64,000 bases of DNA, from NCBI GenBank assembly GCA_046704725.1, contig JBJKRI010000004.1, positions 64,001-128,000 on the forward strand, read 5' to 3'. The position numbers were made by a program, and so were the translations under genes. The number at the start of each line of letters is the position of its first letter. The first letter of the stretch is position 1. Source of the stretch: Candidatus Woesearchaeota archaeon. Its GTDB lineage: Archaea > Nanobdellota > Nanobdellia > Woesearchaeales > SKIA01. The notes beneath the pieces were generated by a model. That model saw only the letters and a list, made by a program, of their open reading frames with translations, searched no databases and was not told the origin of the DNA. Shown one piece after another: positions 1-7,998 of the stretch.

Positions 1-61
1 CGCAAACTGGATTCGCATGTTCCGGGCGAATCGAAGACGTTTTATAAAGATATTGGTCGCC

Positions 62-355
62 TCACGCGCTCTTGAGCGCGCGAGAGGCCTCGTCGAGGTC
101 CTTGAGCACGCCGTCGAGGGCGAAGTAGAGATTCTCGTCCCGACGCGACGCCTTGAGGGTGTGACCTCCGACAAGGAGTTCCCCGGAGACGGTGCACTTA
201 TCGTCGAGGTCGGCGGTGATGGTCAGGCCCTCGAAGCCACGGACGCGCTCGGAGACATGCTTTGTGAAATTACCGACGATCTTCTTGACAACGATAAGGT
301 CGCTGCTGTCCTCCTCGTCGAAACCGACGAGTTCGATATTCCCTCCGAGTTCCAT
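62..355 (-). CDS. Hypothetical protein, possible HPF/S30AE-like fold
   Basis: 97 aa; C-terminal DENLYFALDGVLKDL resembles the HPF EDLYAAID..L motif; TATA-like TTTTTATA upstream. Confidence 0.55.
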   Translation of the reverse strand: MELGGNIELVGFDEEDSSDLIVVKKIVGNFTKHVSERVRGFEGLTITADLDDKCTVSGELLVGGHTLKASRRDENLYFALDGVLKDLDEASRALKSA

Positions 356-455
356 GCGAAGCCCCGCTATAGCCCCCTAAGCGGCGTTCGGGTATAAAAA
401 GTCTCTGTCCGTACACGTCCAACACCTTTAAAAACGAAGCCCCGTTCTCATCAGC

Positions 456-488
456 GACGGAATGTGGGCCTGTCTCGCCTGAACCGTC
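456..488 (+). promoter_or_regulatory. Candidate structured 5' leader of rpl15e
   Basis: GACGG/CCGTC outer stem and GGC/GCC inner stem between a TTTAAAAA box and a GGAGG SD. Confidence 0.35.
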
Positions 489-515
489 CAAGACACCAAG
501 AACGGAGGACACAAC

Positions 516-1082
516 ATGGCAATCTACAAGCAATTGCGAGAATTCTGGCAGAGCAAGGCTGGAGAGAAAGCGCTCTCCCAACAGCTCATCGCCTGGCGAA
601 AAGAACCGGTCACGGTACGTTTGGAGCATCCAACGCGCCTCGATCGCGCACGCAGCGTCGGCTACAAGGCCAAGCAAGGCTATGTGATCGTGCGCCAACG
701 CGTCTTGCGCGGCGGAAGGCAACGACCGGCCATCGAGCACGGCAGGCGCCCGAGGCACAACCGACGCAAGAAGAACCTCAAGCTCGACTACCGCCTCGTC
801 GCCGAGGGACGCGCGCAGGCGAAGTTCCCGAACCTGACCGTCCTGAACAGCTACCTGCTCGGAAAGGACGGCAAGCATGCCTGGTACGAGATCATCCTCG
901 TGGACCCGCAGCACCCGAACATCGCCAAGGACCGCTCGCTCAAAGGCGCCGCAGCAAAGCGTGGACGCGTGGAGCGCGGCCTGACCAACGCCGGCAAGCG
1001 GGCGCGCGGACAGAAAGGCAAGGGCAAGGGTCACGAGAAGAACCGCCCGAGCCTGGCAGCGCACCAGAAGCGCGGGAACTAA
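516..1082 (+). CDS. rpl15e: 50S ribosomal protein L15e
   Basis: PTRLDRARSVGYKAKQG, FPNL.VLNSY, YEIILVDP.HP motifs. Confidence 0.97.
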   Translation: MAIYKQLREFWQSKAGEKALSQQLIAWRKEPVTVRLEHPTRLDRARSVGYKAKQGYVIVRQRVLRGGRQRPAIEHGRRPRHNRRKKNLKLDYRLVAEGRAQAKFPNLTVLNSYLLGKDGKHAWYEIILVDPQHPNIAKDRSLKGAAAKRGRVERGLTNAGKRARGQKGKGKGHEKNRPSLAAHQKRGN

Positions 1083-1113
1083 GCGGAAGCGTATCGCTGA
1101 AGCGGACGTTCGT

Positions 1114-1665
1114 TCACTCGGTGAACAAACGGTGCTTCTCGTTGCCAGAGAGCTCTGCCATGATACGGCGGATGATAAGCTTCTGGGGGTCGGGCAAGAG
1201 CTTGACGCGCTTTCGGATATCGGCGAAACTCTCGAAATCCCCGTCGCGGCGCGCCTCGATGACCTCCCACATATGCTTTTTGCCTAGGCCGGGGAGCAGT
1301 TCGAGCGAATGCATGCGCGTCGACAAGGGCTGTGCCTTGTTGAAGAACTCGATAAAGCGCTGCTCGCTCTCCTTGACCAGGCGCGCGATGACGACCTGCA
1401 ATTCACCGGAGGCCGTGTTCGTGAGCTTGTCGCGCGTGATCCGTCCCTCGATGTGATGCACCTTGTCGCGCTTACCCTCGCCGATGTACACCTCGTCGCC
1501 GATATTGAGGAAGACCCCTTCTTTGGGGACGAGTTCCAACAGGGAGAAACGCGTCTTGCCGATCGCCTGCGCGATGGCGCTCTTGCGATGGCTCGGACGC
1601 TTGTCGAGCGGATGGCCTTCGGGCAAGAAGTCCAATACTACCGCGTGCTCCTCCCTCCCAACCAT
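1114..1665 (-). CDS. DUF655 family nucleic-acid-binding protein
   Basis: VLDFLP.G, RMHSLELLPGLGKK HhH motif; conserved position after rpo4. Confidence 0.9.
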   Translation of the reverse strand: MVGREEHAVVLDFLPEGHPLDKRPSHRKSAIAQAIGKTRFSLLELVPKEGVFLNIGDEVYIGEGKRDKVHHIEGRITRDKLTNTASGELQVVIARLVKESEQRFIEFFNKAQPLSTRMHSLELLPGLGKKHMWEVIEARRDGDFESFADIRKRVKLLPDPQKLIIRRIMAELSGNEKHRLFTE

Positions 1666-1700
1666 AGCATATCCTCCGGAAAACGACCTTATAAACGTTT

Positions 1701-2039
1701 CTACGCGTTGAGCGCGTCGATGATCTTCTGCTGATAGTCTTTGTTCACCGTCAGCGTGTAGCCGGACAGGATCAGGTTGAGCTCCTTGACGGTCTTGGGC
1801 ATCAGATCGATGATCTTGTGGATATGGAAGGGCTTGAGACGCGGCACGTTGAGCGCCTCGATGGCGGTGAAAAGCTGCTCGATGCGCTCGGCATCGACAA
1901 CATGGATGTGATTGAGGTGGTCCAGGGTCTTGCCGGCACGGAAGCTGAGCTCCCCATCGCGCTCCTGAATCGCGGTGAGCTTATCCTTGAGCTCGCTGAG
2001 CGTGAGCGTCTGCTCCTCCAGAATCTGCGGTTGCGACAT
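1701..2039 (-). CDS. rpo4: RNA polymerase subunit F (Rpo4)
   Basis: ELSF...TLDHL and KIIDLMPKT..EL motifs; rpl21e-rpo4-DUF655 synteny. Confidence 0.85.
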   Translation of the reverse strand: MSQPQILEEQTLTLSELKDKLTAIQERDGELSFRAGKTLDHLNHIHVVDAERIEQLFTAIEALNVPRLKPFHIHKIIDLMPKTVKELNLILSGYTLTVNKDYQQKIIDALNA

Positions 2040-2330
2040 CTAGACCCTCCTTAGGTGCGACGGGTGGACGATCAACGTCTTGGCCTTGCCACCGTCCTGG
2101 ACATGGATGAGATAACACTCGCCACTCTTGCCAGTGACGCGACCGGCCTTGCCGTGGAAGCGCGGCAGGTACATGCCCTCCTGCACAGCAGGCTCGACCG
2201 CGAGCAGCACCTCATCGCCCTCAGAGAACGTCTGGAGGGCGCGACGGATGCTGATTTTGCCGCGCGTGCGCGGCGACTTGGCGAGCTTCGTACGCGTCTT
2301 GCGGCGCATGCCGCCCTTCCGTTGCACCAT
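2040..2330 (-). CDS. rpl21e: 50S ribosomal protein L21e
   Basis: GMRRKTRTKL, PRFHGKAG, DGGKAKTLIVHPSHL; start trimmed to ATG 2330. Confidence 0.95.
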   Translation of the reverse strand: MVQRKGGMRRKTRTKLAKSPRTRGKISIRRALQTFSEGDEVLLAVEPAVQEGMYLPRFHGKAGRVTGKSGECYLIHVQDGGKAKTLIVHPSHLRRV

Positions 2331-2432
2331 GGGCTGTGCGAACGGCAGGCCATTTTTAAAGGTTTGCGTCTGGCGCATACGCGAAATCCTTAAATACGGG
2401 GTCCTCCGGGATTCATGTAGCACACGAGGTGA

Positions 2433-2657
2433 GTGCCTATCGCAAAACACATCCAATCCCACGTGCTCGAGAAGGCCATCGGAACGCTGATGGTGATTTT
2501 CGGCCTGTTCGCGCTGTACATCTTCTTCACGACGCTGCCGCAAGCGCAGCAGGTCTCGCAAGAGGTCGCGATCATCGAGATACTGCTCATCATCGTGCTG
2601 GCCATCCTGGCGCAGACGATCGTGCTGATCAGGATCTACGAGAAGGTCGAGAAGTAG
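2433..2657 (+). CDS. Small two-TM membrane protein
   Basis: Two hydrophobic segments; GAGGTGA SD-like sequence upstream. Confidence 0.6.
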   Translation: MPIAKHIQSHVLEKAIGTLMVIFGLFALYIFFTTLPQAQQVSQEVAIIEILLIIVLAILAQTIVLIRIYEKVEK

Positions 2658-2815
2658 TACGTTTTTTGATTCGGCAGGCTCCTACGTATCAGGGAGTTGC
2701 TTGGAACTTCATCGCATTACTTTTGCGGTGGGGATGCGGTATAGCATAGACAGATACCACTCCACGCAGAGAGCCAATAGACCATTCTTCGTGTGCTGCT
2801 GCGGAAAGACGTATT
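2658..2815 (+). ncRNA. Putative structured RNA or bidirectional terminator
   Basis: Ends pair (TACGTTTTT/AAAGACGTA); several internal hairpins with G-U pairs on the + strand. Confidence 0.3.
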
Positions 2816-3547
2816 TTACAGGCTCTTGGAGACCGCCTTCTCGGCGGCCGTGGCCTCTTCGGGCAGGACCTCGTCGGCGATAGCAGACGGGACGCCGGCC
2901 TCGGTGAGAGCCGCCTTGATAGCGCTGCGCTCCTTGCCCGCCATGGAGGACACGATGCCTTGCGCAGTGGCGAGGAGCTCCTCGCGGCGCTCCTCCATCT
3001 CGGCCTTGAGCCGGGCGCGCTCCTCCTCGAGCTGTTTCTTCTCCTCAGCGGAGATCTCGGTCTTGCGCGCATTAATCTGGGAATCGTACTCGCCCGCCTC
3101 GATGCGCTTGAGCGCCTCTTGCGCGGGCTTGCCCTCGACGAGGACGCCCATGGACTGGCAGGTGCCGACGATCTCACGGACCTTGCCCTTCATGTCCTTG
3201 CCGAGGAGGTTGTCCTCCTTCATGATGGCGATCTTGATGACCTGCTCGATGGCGAGGTCAGCGACCTTGTCGAGCAACGGATTGCCGGCGCCCTTCTTGA
3301 TGCCCGCCTCCTTCTTGATGAGGGCGGAGGCCGGCGGGGTGCCGACGGTGATGGTGAAAGCCTTGGTCTCGGTGTCCACCGAGACGGTGACAGGCACTTG
3401 CATGCCTTTGAAGCCGTCAGTCTTCTTGTTGATCTCCGAGACGACCTGCCCGATATTCACACCAAGCGGGCCGAGCGCGGGACCGAGCGGAGGCGCAGCG
3501 GTGGCTTTGCCCCCTTCGATGAGCACGTCGACGGATTCAGTGGCCAT
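2816..3547 (-). CDS. rpl11: 50S ribosomal protein uL11 with C-terminal extension
   Basis: GGKATAAPPLGPALGPLG, GTCQSMGV. Confidence 0.95.
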   Translation of the reverse strand: MATESVDVLIEGGKATAAPPLGPALGPLGVNIGQVVSEINKKTDGFKGMQVPVTVSVDTETKAFTITVGTPPASALIKKEAGIKKGAGNPLLDKVADLAIEQVIKIAIMKEDNLLGKDMKGKVREIVGTCQSMGVLVEGKPAQEALKRIEAGEYDSQINARKTEISAEEKKQLEEERARLKAEMEERREELLATAQGIVSSMAGKERSAIKAALTEAGVPSAIADEVLPEEATAAEKAVSKSL

Positions 3548-3571
3548 GCTCGGGCGAATCAGGAGCTGTTT

Positions 3572-4099
3572 TTAAACGTTGCTCTCAAACAGCTTACGGA
3601 GCGCGGCGTCGCACGCATCCTGGAGAGAGGTGTGGATGGGGAAACCAGGACGCTCCTGTTGGAATGCTCTTCTCAACGTCCGAAGACCCGAGAAGCCCTG
3701 CTCCGCCCCCAGGACGAAGGACGGCCCGTCGCCCGCCTTGTACTGGCCGATGATGGTCCCAAGCTCCCTGCGAGTGTCCATACCGTAGGGATGTGCGCAG
3801 TTGTGCTCTTGTTCGGCTGGAAGATAGCCAAGGATCACTCCTCGCTTTCCCGCGGATTCAAGATAATGATCCTCCCAGTAGAACTGTCCGTTGATCCTGT
3901 CAGGGGAACGCAAGCGGAATCGCTCATAGCGGGGAGGAAGAGAATGGTCCGGGCTGACGATAGGGATATCCGGACTCCCAAGCCACAACAACTCATTCGC
4001 CTCCTCACGCCACACAGGAGCGCCCCCGATCGGCCCGAGGAGGAACACGTGGGGCTCTCGGAGAGTGAAGCGATCGTACGGAATGATGACCCGACCCAC
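3572..4099 (-). CDS. Nucleoside 2-deoxyribosyltransferase-like protein
   Basis: VFLLGPI..APVW, WE..YL, T..ELG pattern of the NDT-like family. Confidence 0.6.
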   Translation of the reverse strand: MGRVIIPYDRFTLREPHVFLLGPIGGAPVWREEANELLWLGSPDIPIVSPDHSLPPRYERFRLRSPDRINGQFYWEDHYLESAGKRGVILGYLPAEQEHNCAHPYGMDTRRELGTIIGQYKAGDGPSFVLGAEQGFSGLRTLRRAFQQERPGFPIHTSLQDACDAALRKLFESNV

Positions 4100-4123
4100 G
4101 AGTTCTGCCTAGCGTTCCACTAT

Positions 4124-4663
4124 TTACGCGTTGCTCTTGCGCGCGAAGAAGAACTGGAGCGCGAATATCGCGGCGAAGACGGACAAGGAAAGCAGCGGGA
4201 TGGTGAAAAAGCCGAACGCGTTGAGGTACGGGCTCGCGCAGGACGCGGTGGCGTCGCACGGGGCGGAGGCCTCGAGGAAGGCGAGGTGCTGCAAGGCATA
4301 GTGATATATGGCTACAAGTCCGCCAATCACCGTCATCCAGAGCGCCAGGAGACGCTGCGACTTCCGCTGGTACAGCGCGAGCGCGAACACCAATACGAGC
4401 GGGTACATGAAGATGCGCTGGAACCAACAGAGCACGCAAGGCGTGAGATTGGCGATGTTGGACAGGTACAGGCTTCCGAGGGTCGCTGCAGCGGCCAAGA
4501 ACAGGCTCCACCGGTCGGCGGTACGTCGCAAGTGCTTCTCCAGCGCCTTCCAGAAGGATGGCTTGGTCCATGCGGCCACGCCGACGATCACCAGCGCGGC
4601 CCACAATGCGAGCGCCGCAGCAGAAGCGATTTCAAAGATGATAGGCAGGTAGGCCAGCGTCAT
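4124..4663 (-). CDS. Disulfide bond formation protein B (DsbB/BdbC type)
   Basis: PCVLCWFQRIFMYPL, second Cys pair, multiple TM segments. Confidence 0.9.
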   Translation of the reverse strand: MTLAYLPIIFEIASAAALALWAALVIVGVAAWTKPSFWKALEKHLRRTADRWSLFLAAAATLGSLYLSNIANLTPCVLCWFQRIFMYPLVLVFALALYQRKSQRLLALWMTVIGGLVAIYHYALQHLAFLEASAPCDATASCASPYLNAFGFFTIPLLSLSVFAAIFALQFFFARKSNA

Positions 4664-5148
4664 GCCGTCTCGTCGAACTCCTCATCATCACGGCGGATGA
4701 CGCGGATAGCGTCCATCTTGAGCGTGATGGGGATGCTGACGACCGCCTCGAGAAGCTCGACGATGACCTCCTCCTTGGTCGGGTCCACGCGCGTGACCTT
4801 GGCCTTCTCGCGCTTGAACGGACCGGAGATGATCTCGGCGATGTCACCCTTGCGGATGTTCATCTCTTTTTTGACCTGCTCGAGCATGTGCTCGATCTCC
4901 TTGTACTCCACCTCGTTGGGGAGCACGCCCTTCGCGTAGGGAACGCCGTGCGCTGCCTGCTCCGCATCGGAACGGGAAGCAGCCTCCACGAAGATATAGC
5001 CGCGCATGCCGTGCGGGCGGACCACGGAGTACACATTGAGGCCTTTCTTGTTCGCGTTGGACGCGACGAACGTGACGACCTGATCCTCACGGTTCGCCGT
5101 GGTACGCAGCGCGTAGATGTGTCCTTCCTGGGATTCTGCTTCGGTCAT
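4660..5148 (-). CDS. spt5: Transcription elongation factor Spt5 (NusG)
   Basis: NGN motif GYIFVEA plus KOW motif IISGPFKREKAKV. Confidence 0.95.
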   Translation of the reverse strand: MTEAESQEGHIYALRTTANREDQVVTFVASNANKKGLNVYSVVRPHGMRGYIFVEAASRSDAEQAAHGVPYAKGVLPNEVEYKEIEHMLEQVKKEMNIRKGDIAEIISGPFKREKAKVTRVDPTKEEVIVELLEAVVSIPITLKMDAIRVIRRDDEEFDETA

Positions 5149-5152
5149 TGGT

Positions 5153-5326
5153 TCAGCCGCCTTGGGTGATGAGGATATAGCCGATCTGGATGATGAAGCC
5201 GATCAGCCCGATAACAATCAGGCCAAGACCGGTGATCTTCACCAACTCGGTGAACTCGCTCTGGTCGGGCTTGCGTGTGATCTTGAGCACACGCACGCAG
5301 TTGTGCCAGAAGAGCTTCAAATCCAT
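5153..5326 (-). CDS. secE: Protein translocase SecE/Sec61-gamma (not in ORF track)
   Basis: Read by hand: MDLKLFWHNCVRVLKITRKPDQSEF...GLIGFIIQ; ftsZ-secE-spt5 synteny. Confidence 0.92.
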   Translation of the reverse strand: MDLKLFWHNCVRVLKITRKPDQSEFTELVKITGLGLIVIGLIGFIIQIGYILITQGG

Positions 5327-5363
5327 GCCCCGGACAATCGGCGTCGTCTTATAAATGTTGCCG

Positions 5364-6503
5364 CTAGTCGACGAACTCGATGCCGAGCTCGGACTGGACC
5401 TTGTGCTTCTCGTCGATGGCCTTCTTCTTGACGACAGAAGCCCCGGTGATCTGCTCGCTATGCACGCCGGTCACGATGATCATGACGCGCAACGTGCCTT
5501 CGAGGTCGTCGCGGATCTGGGCTCCCCAGATGATGCGAGCATCCTCGTCGAGCTGCTCGGACACCTCTTCGACGACCAATCGAGCCTCCTCGAGGGTGAG
5601 GTCCGGTCCGCCGACGACATTGATGAGCGCGCCGTTCGCGCCCTTGATATCGGCGTCGAGCAAGGGATTCGTGACCGCCTTGACGACCGCGTCCCGCGCC
5701 CGGTCAGACGTGTCCGACTCGCCCACTCCGATAAGCGCGACGCCGCCCTTTCCCATGACGGTCTTGATGTCCGCGAAGTCGAGGTTTACGAGGCCTGCCT
5801 TGGTGACCAGCTCGGCGATGCCCTTGACCGCGTTGGTGAGTATCTCGTCAGCGACCTTGAAGGCCGTGTGTATCGGCAGGTCGGGCGCGAGCTCGAGGAG
5901 CTTGTCGTTGGGGATGATGATGAGCGTGTCGACATTGTCCTGCATGCGCTCGAGCCCCCACATGGCGTTGTCCTTGCGACGGCCGCCCTCCATGTGGAAG
6001 GGTGTCGTCACGACACCGACGACGAGCGCTCCCTGTTTCTTCGCGATCTCCGCGACGACGGGCGCAGAACCGGTGCCCGTCCCACCGCCGAGCCCGCACG
6101 TGATAAAGATGAGGTCCGCGCCAGCGACGGCCTCGCGTATCTCGTGCTCTTGCTCGCGGGCGGCCTCCTCGCCGACCTTGGGGATGCTTCCAGCGCCAAG
6201 GCCTTTGGTGGTCTCACGCCCGATGAGAATCTTCTTGTCCGCGGAGGTGTATAATAGGTCCTGCGCGTCCGTATTGAGCGCAATGGTCTCCGCGCCCTCC
6301 ACGCCGATCTCCGTGATGCGATTGACGGTATTCTTTCCCGCGCCGCCGCAACCGACCACGCGGATGTTCGCTCGCTGCGCCGCGAGCAACTGCTCCAATT
6401 CGTCATCGATGGAATGCCGCTTCTGCGGACGATCGGGTTCGGTGCGTTGCTGCGCTTGCTGAATATAGCTGTCCATGTCGTCGCTCTCCGGAAATGTCTC
6501 CAT
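5364..6503 (-). CDS. ftsZ: Cell division protein FtsZ
   Basis: GLGGGTGTG tubulin signature, NLDFAD T7 loop. Confidence 0.98.
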   Translation of the reverse strand: METFPESDDMDSYIQQAQQRTEPDRPQKRHSIDDELEQLLAAQRANIRVVGCGGAGKNTVNRITEIGVEGAETIALNTDAQDLLYTSADKKILIGRETTKGLGAGSIPKVGEEAAREQEHEIREAVAGADLIFITCGLGGGTGTGSAPVVAEIAKKQGALVVGVVTTPFHMEGGRRKDNAMWGLERMQDNVDTLIIIPNDKLLELAPDLPIHTAFKVADEILTNAVKGIAELVTKAGLVNLDFADIKTVMGKGGVALIGVGESDTSDRARDAVVKAVTNPLLDADIKGANGALINVVGGPDLTLEEARLVVEEVSEQLDEDARIIWGAQIRDDLEGTLRVMIIVTGVHSEQITGASVVKKKAIDEKHKVQSELGIEFVD

Positions 6504-6520
6504 TCCTGGATATTTAAGGA

Positions 6521-7180
6521 TTACGCATCGGACTTCTTGGGGGCGCGGAATTCGACGCCCGTCGCCGCTGTATGCGCAGCGACCTCATCGGAGACCTGCT
6601 TTTGCGCCTGTTCCGGCAATTCCAGGGGAAGCTCGAGCACGGCTTTCCCCTCGTCGATGGTTATCTTGGGAGAGAAGCCGAGCATGCGCCCCACGATCGC
6701 CTCCACCTGTTCCGGAAGCTCATCGACAGTGCCTTCGAGCATGACCTCGTACGTGAGCTCCTTTCCCGCGAGGGGATGGTTGAAATCGACGATGATTCGG
6801 TTGCCCGTGACGTTGCGGACCACTCCCCGCACACCGTCGATATCCACTTCCAGTCCGGGCTGGGGAACAACCTCCTGTTTCTTGAAGGCGGACAAGGGCA
6901 TGAGCTTGATGCGGTCGGCGCGTTTCTTGCCGAAGGCGTCCTCGGCCGACAAGGTGATAGAGAACGTGCCTTCCGGCCCCTTACCGACGAGCGCCGCGTC
7001 GAGCGCTGGCAAGAGGAATCCCTCGCCCACGCAGACGGTCAACGGCTCGAAGGTGACGTTCCGGCCAGCGAGACCGTGCTCTTTGGCGACGCTCTCCTTT
7101 GTCGTGTCGAAGACCTCACCAGTCTCTGCGATCCTGCCGGTGAAATCGAGGCGGACGAAGTCGCCCTTCTTGATGGCCAT
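6521..7180 (-). CDS. FKBP-type peptidyl-prolyl isomerase, long archaeal SlyD type
   Basis: GEVFDTT, VDFNHPLAGKEL. Confidence 0.93.
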   Translation of the reverse strand: MAIKKGDFVRLDFTGRIAETGEVFDTTKESVAKEHGLAGRNVTFEPLTVCVGEGFLLPALDAALVGKGPEGTFSITLSAEDAFGKKRADRIKLMPLSAFKKQEVVPQPGLEVDIDGVRGVVRNVTGNRIIVDFNHPLAGKELTYEVMLEGTVDELPEQVEAIVGRMLGFSPKITIDEGKAVLELPLELPEQAQKQVSDEVAAHTAATGVEFRAPKKSDA

Positions 7181-7216
7181 GCGTGACGGACTTGTCGCGC
7201 ATTTATAAGGTTGTTG

Positions 7217-7243
7217 AAGAGAAAGAAAAGAGAAAAGAAGAAT
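7217..7243 (-). terminator. U-rich terminator of the archaellin gene
   Basis: Pyrimidine/U-rich run on the minus strand just after the stop codon. Confidence 0.5.
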
Positions 7244-7248
7244 GTCCC

Positions 7249-7833
7249 TTACGGGTACAGGTACACGCGTTGTGTACTGATCACGTCGGGCGTGTTGAAC
7301 TCCACGAGCGTGGGCGTACCGATCTTCGGGATGAAGTTCAGACGCATGTGCTCGTCCTGGCCTATGGAGCGGGGCATAGCGAACTGCAACCGCACAACAT
7401 CTCCACGTTGGAGGTTGCCGTCCAAGTGGTTGGTGCCGTTGATAAGGTACGTGATGCCGAAGGTTCCCGTCGTCGCGTTGGCTACGGTCGCGAACGATGA
7501 GTTGCCGCTGTAAGTCAGGGTAGTCGTGGAGTTGTCCGTGTCCACCGTGAACGTCACTTCATCAAGCTTCATGGGATCAGAGCCGGGGCTCAACTTCATC
7601 TCCAGCGAGAAATTCTCAAGAGTCTGGTCCGTGCCGTCGACGGCAGAGACCTCGATGACTTTCGCATTCGTGGATATCTCGCCTTTCGATTGCTGACCGG
7701 TCGACAGGGCCTTCTGCTGAAGACTGCCCGCAGTCTGGAGCAATACTCCTGCAGCCACCGCAGCGACCAACAGCATGGCGATGAAGATGATGAGCGTGCC
7801 TACGCCCATTTCTGCTTTCTTGTTCCACTTCAT
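7249..7833 (-). CDS. Archaellin (FlaB/ArlB family)
   Basis: Class III signal KKA|EMGVGTLIIFIAMLLVAAVAAGVL; SPGSDP motif. Confidence 0.9.
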   Translation of the reverse strand: MKWNKKAEMGVGTLIIFIAMLLVAAVAAGVLLQTAGSLQQKALSTGQQSKGEISTNAKVIEVSAVDGTDQTLENFSLEMKLSPGSDPMKLDEVTFTVDTDNSTTTLTYSGNSSFATVANATTGTFGITYLINGTNHLDGNLQRGDVVRLQFAMPRSIGQDEHMRLNFIPKIGTPTLVEFNTPDVISTQRVYLYP

Positions 7834-7998
7834 AAGGCGTTCACCTATATACCGTATACTGTGCTACGGTTTTGTATACTAGGAGGTCTTGAGTATAAAA
7901 ATGTTTGCCCCCCCTTATATTGCTCAATCCAAGCGAGAGAGCGCCCGCTGCGGGCGAAATACGCCACCTATTTAAAGAAGCGCACGTTGCGGACCGCT

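Noticed and set aside
2720-2772. 5S rRNA-like helix II/III arrangement
   Set aside because: Lacks the conserved loop C CCGAAC and loop E motifs; kept only as an unidentified structured RNA
2960-4939. 659 aa + strand ORF and similar long ORFs (e.g. 27658-29616, 47061-48731, 11386-12711)
   Set aside because: Antisense shadows of well-supported genes, expected in high-GC DNA
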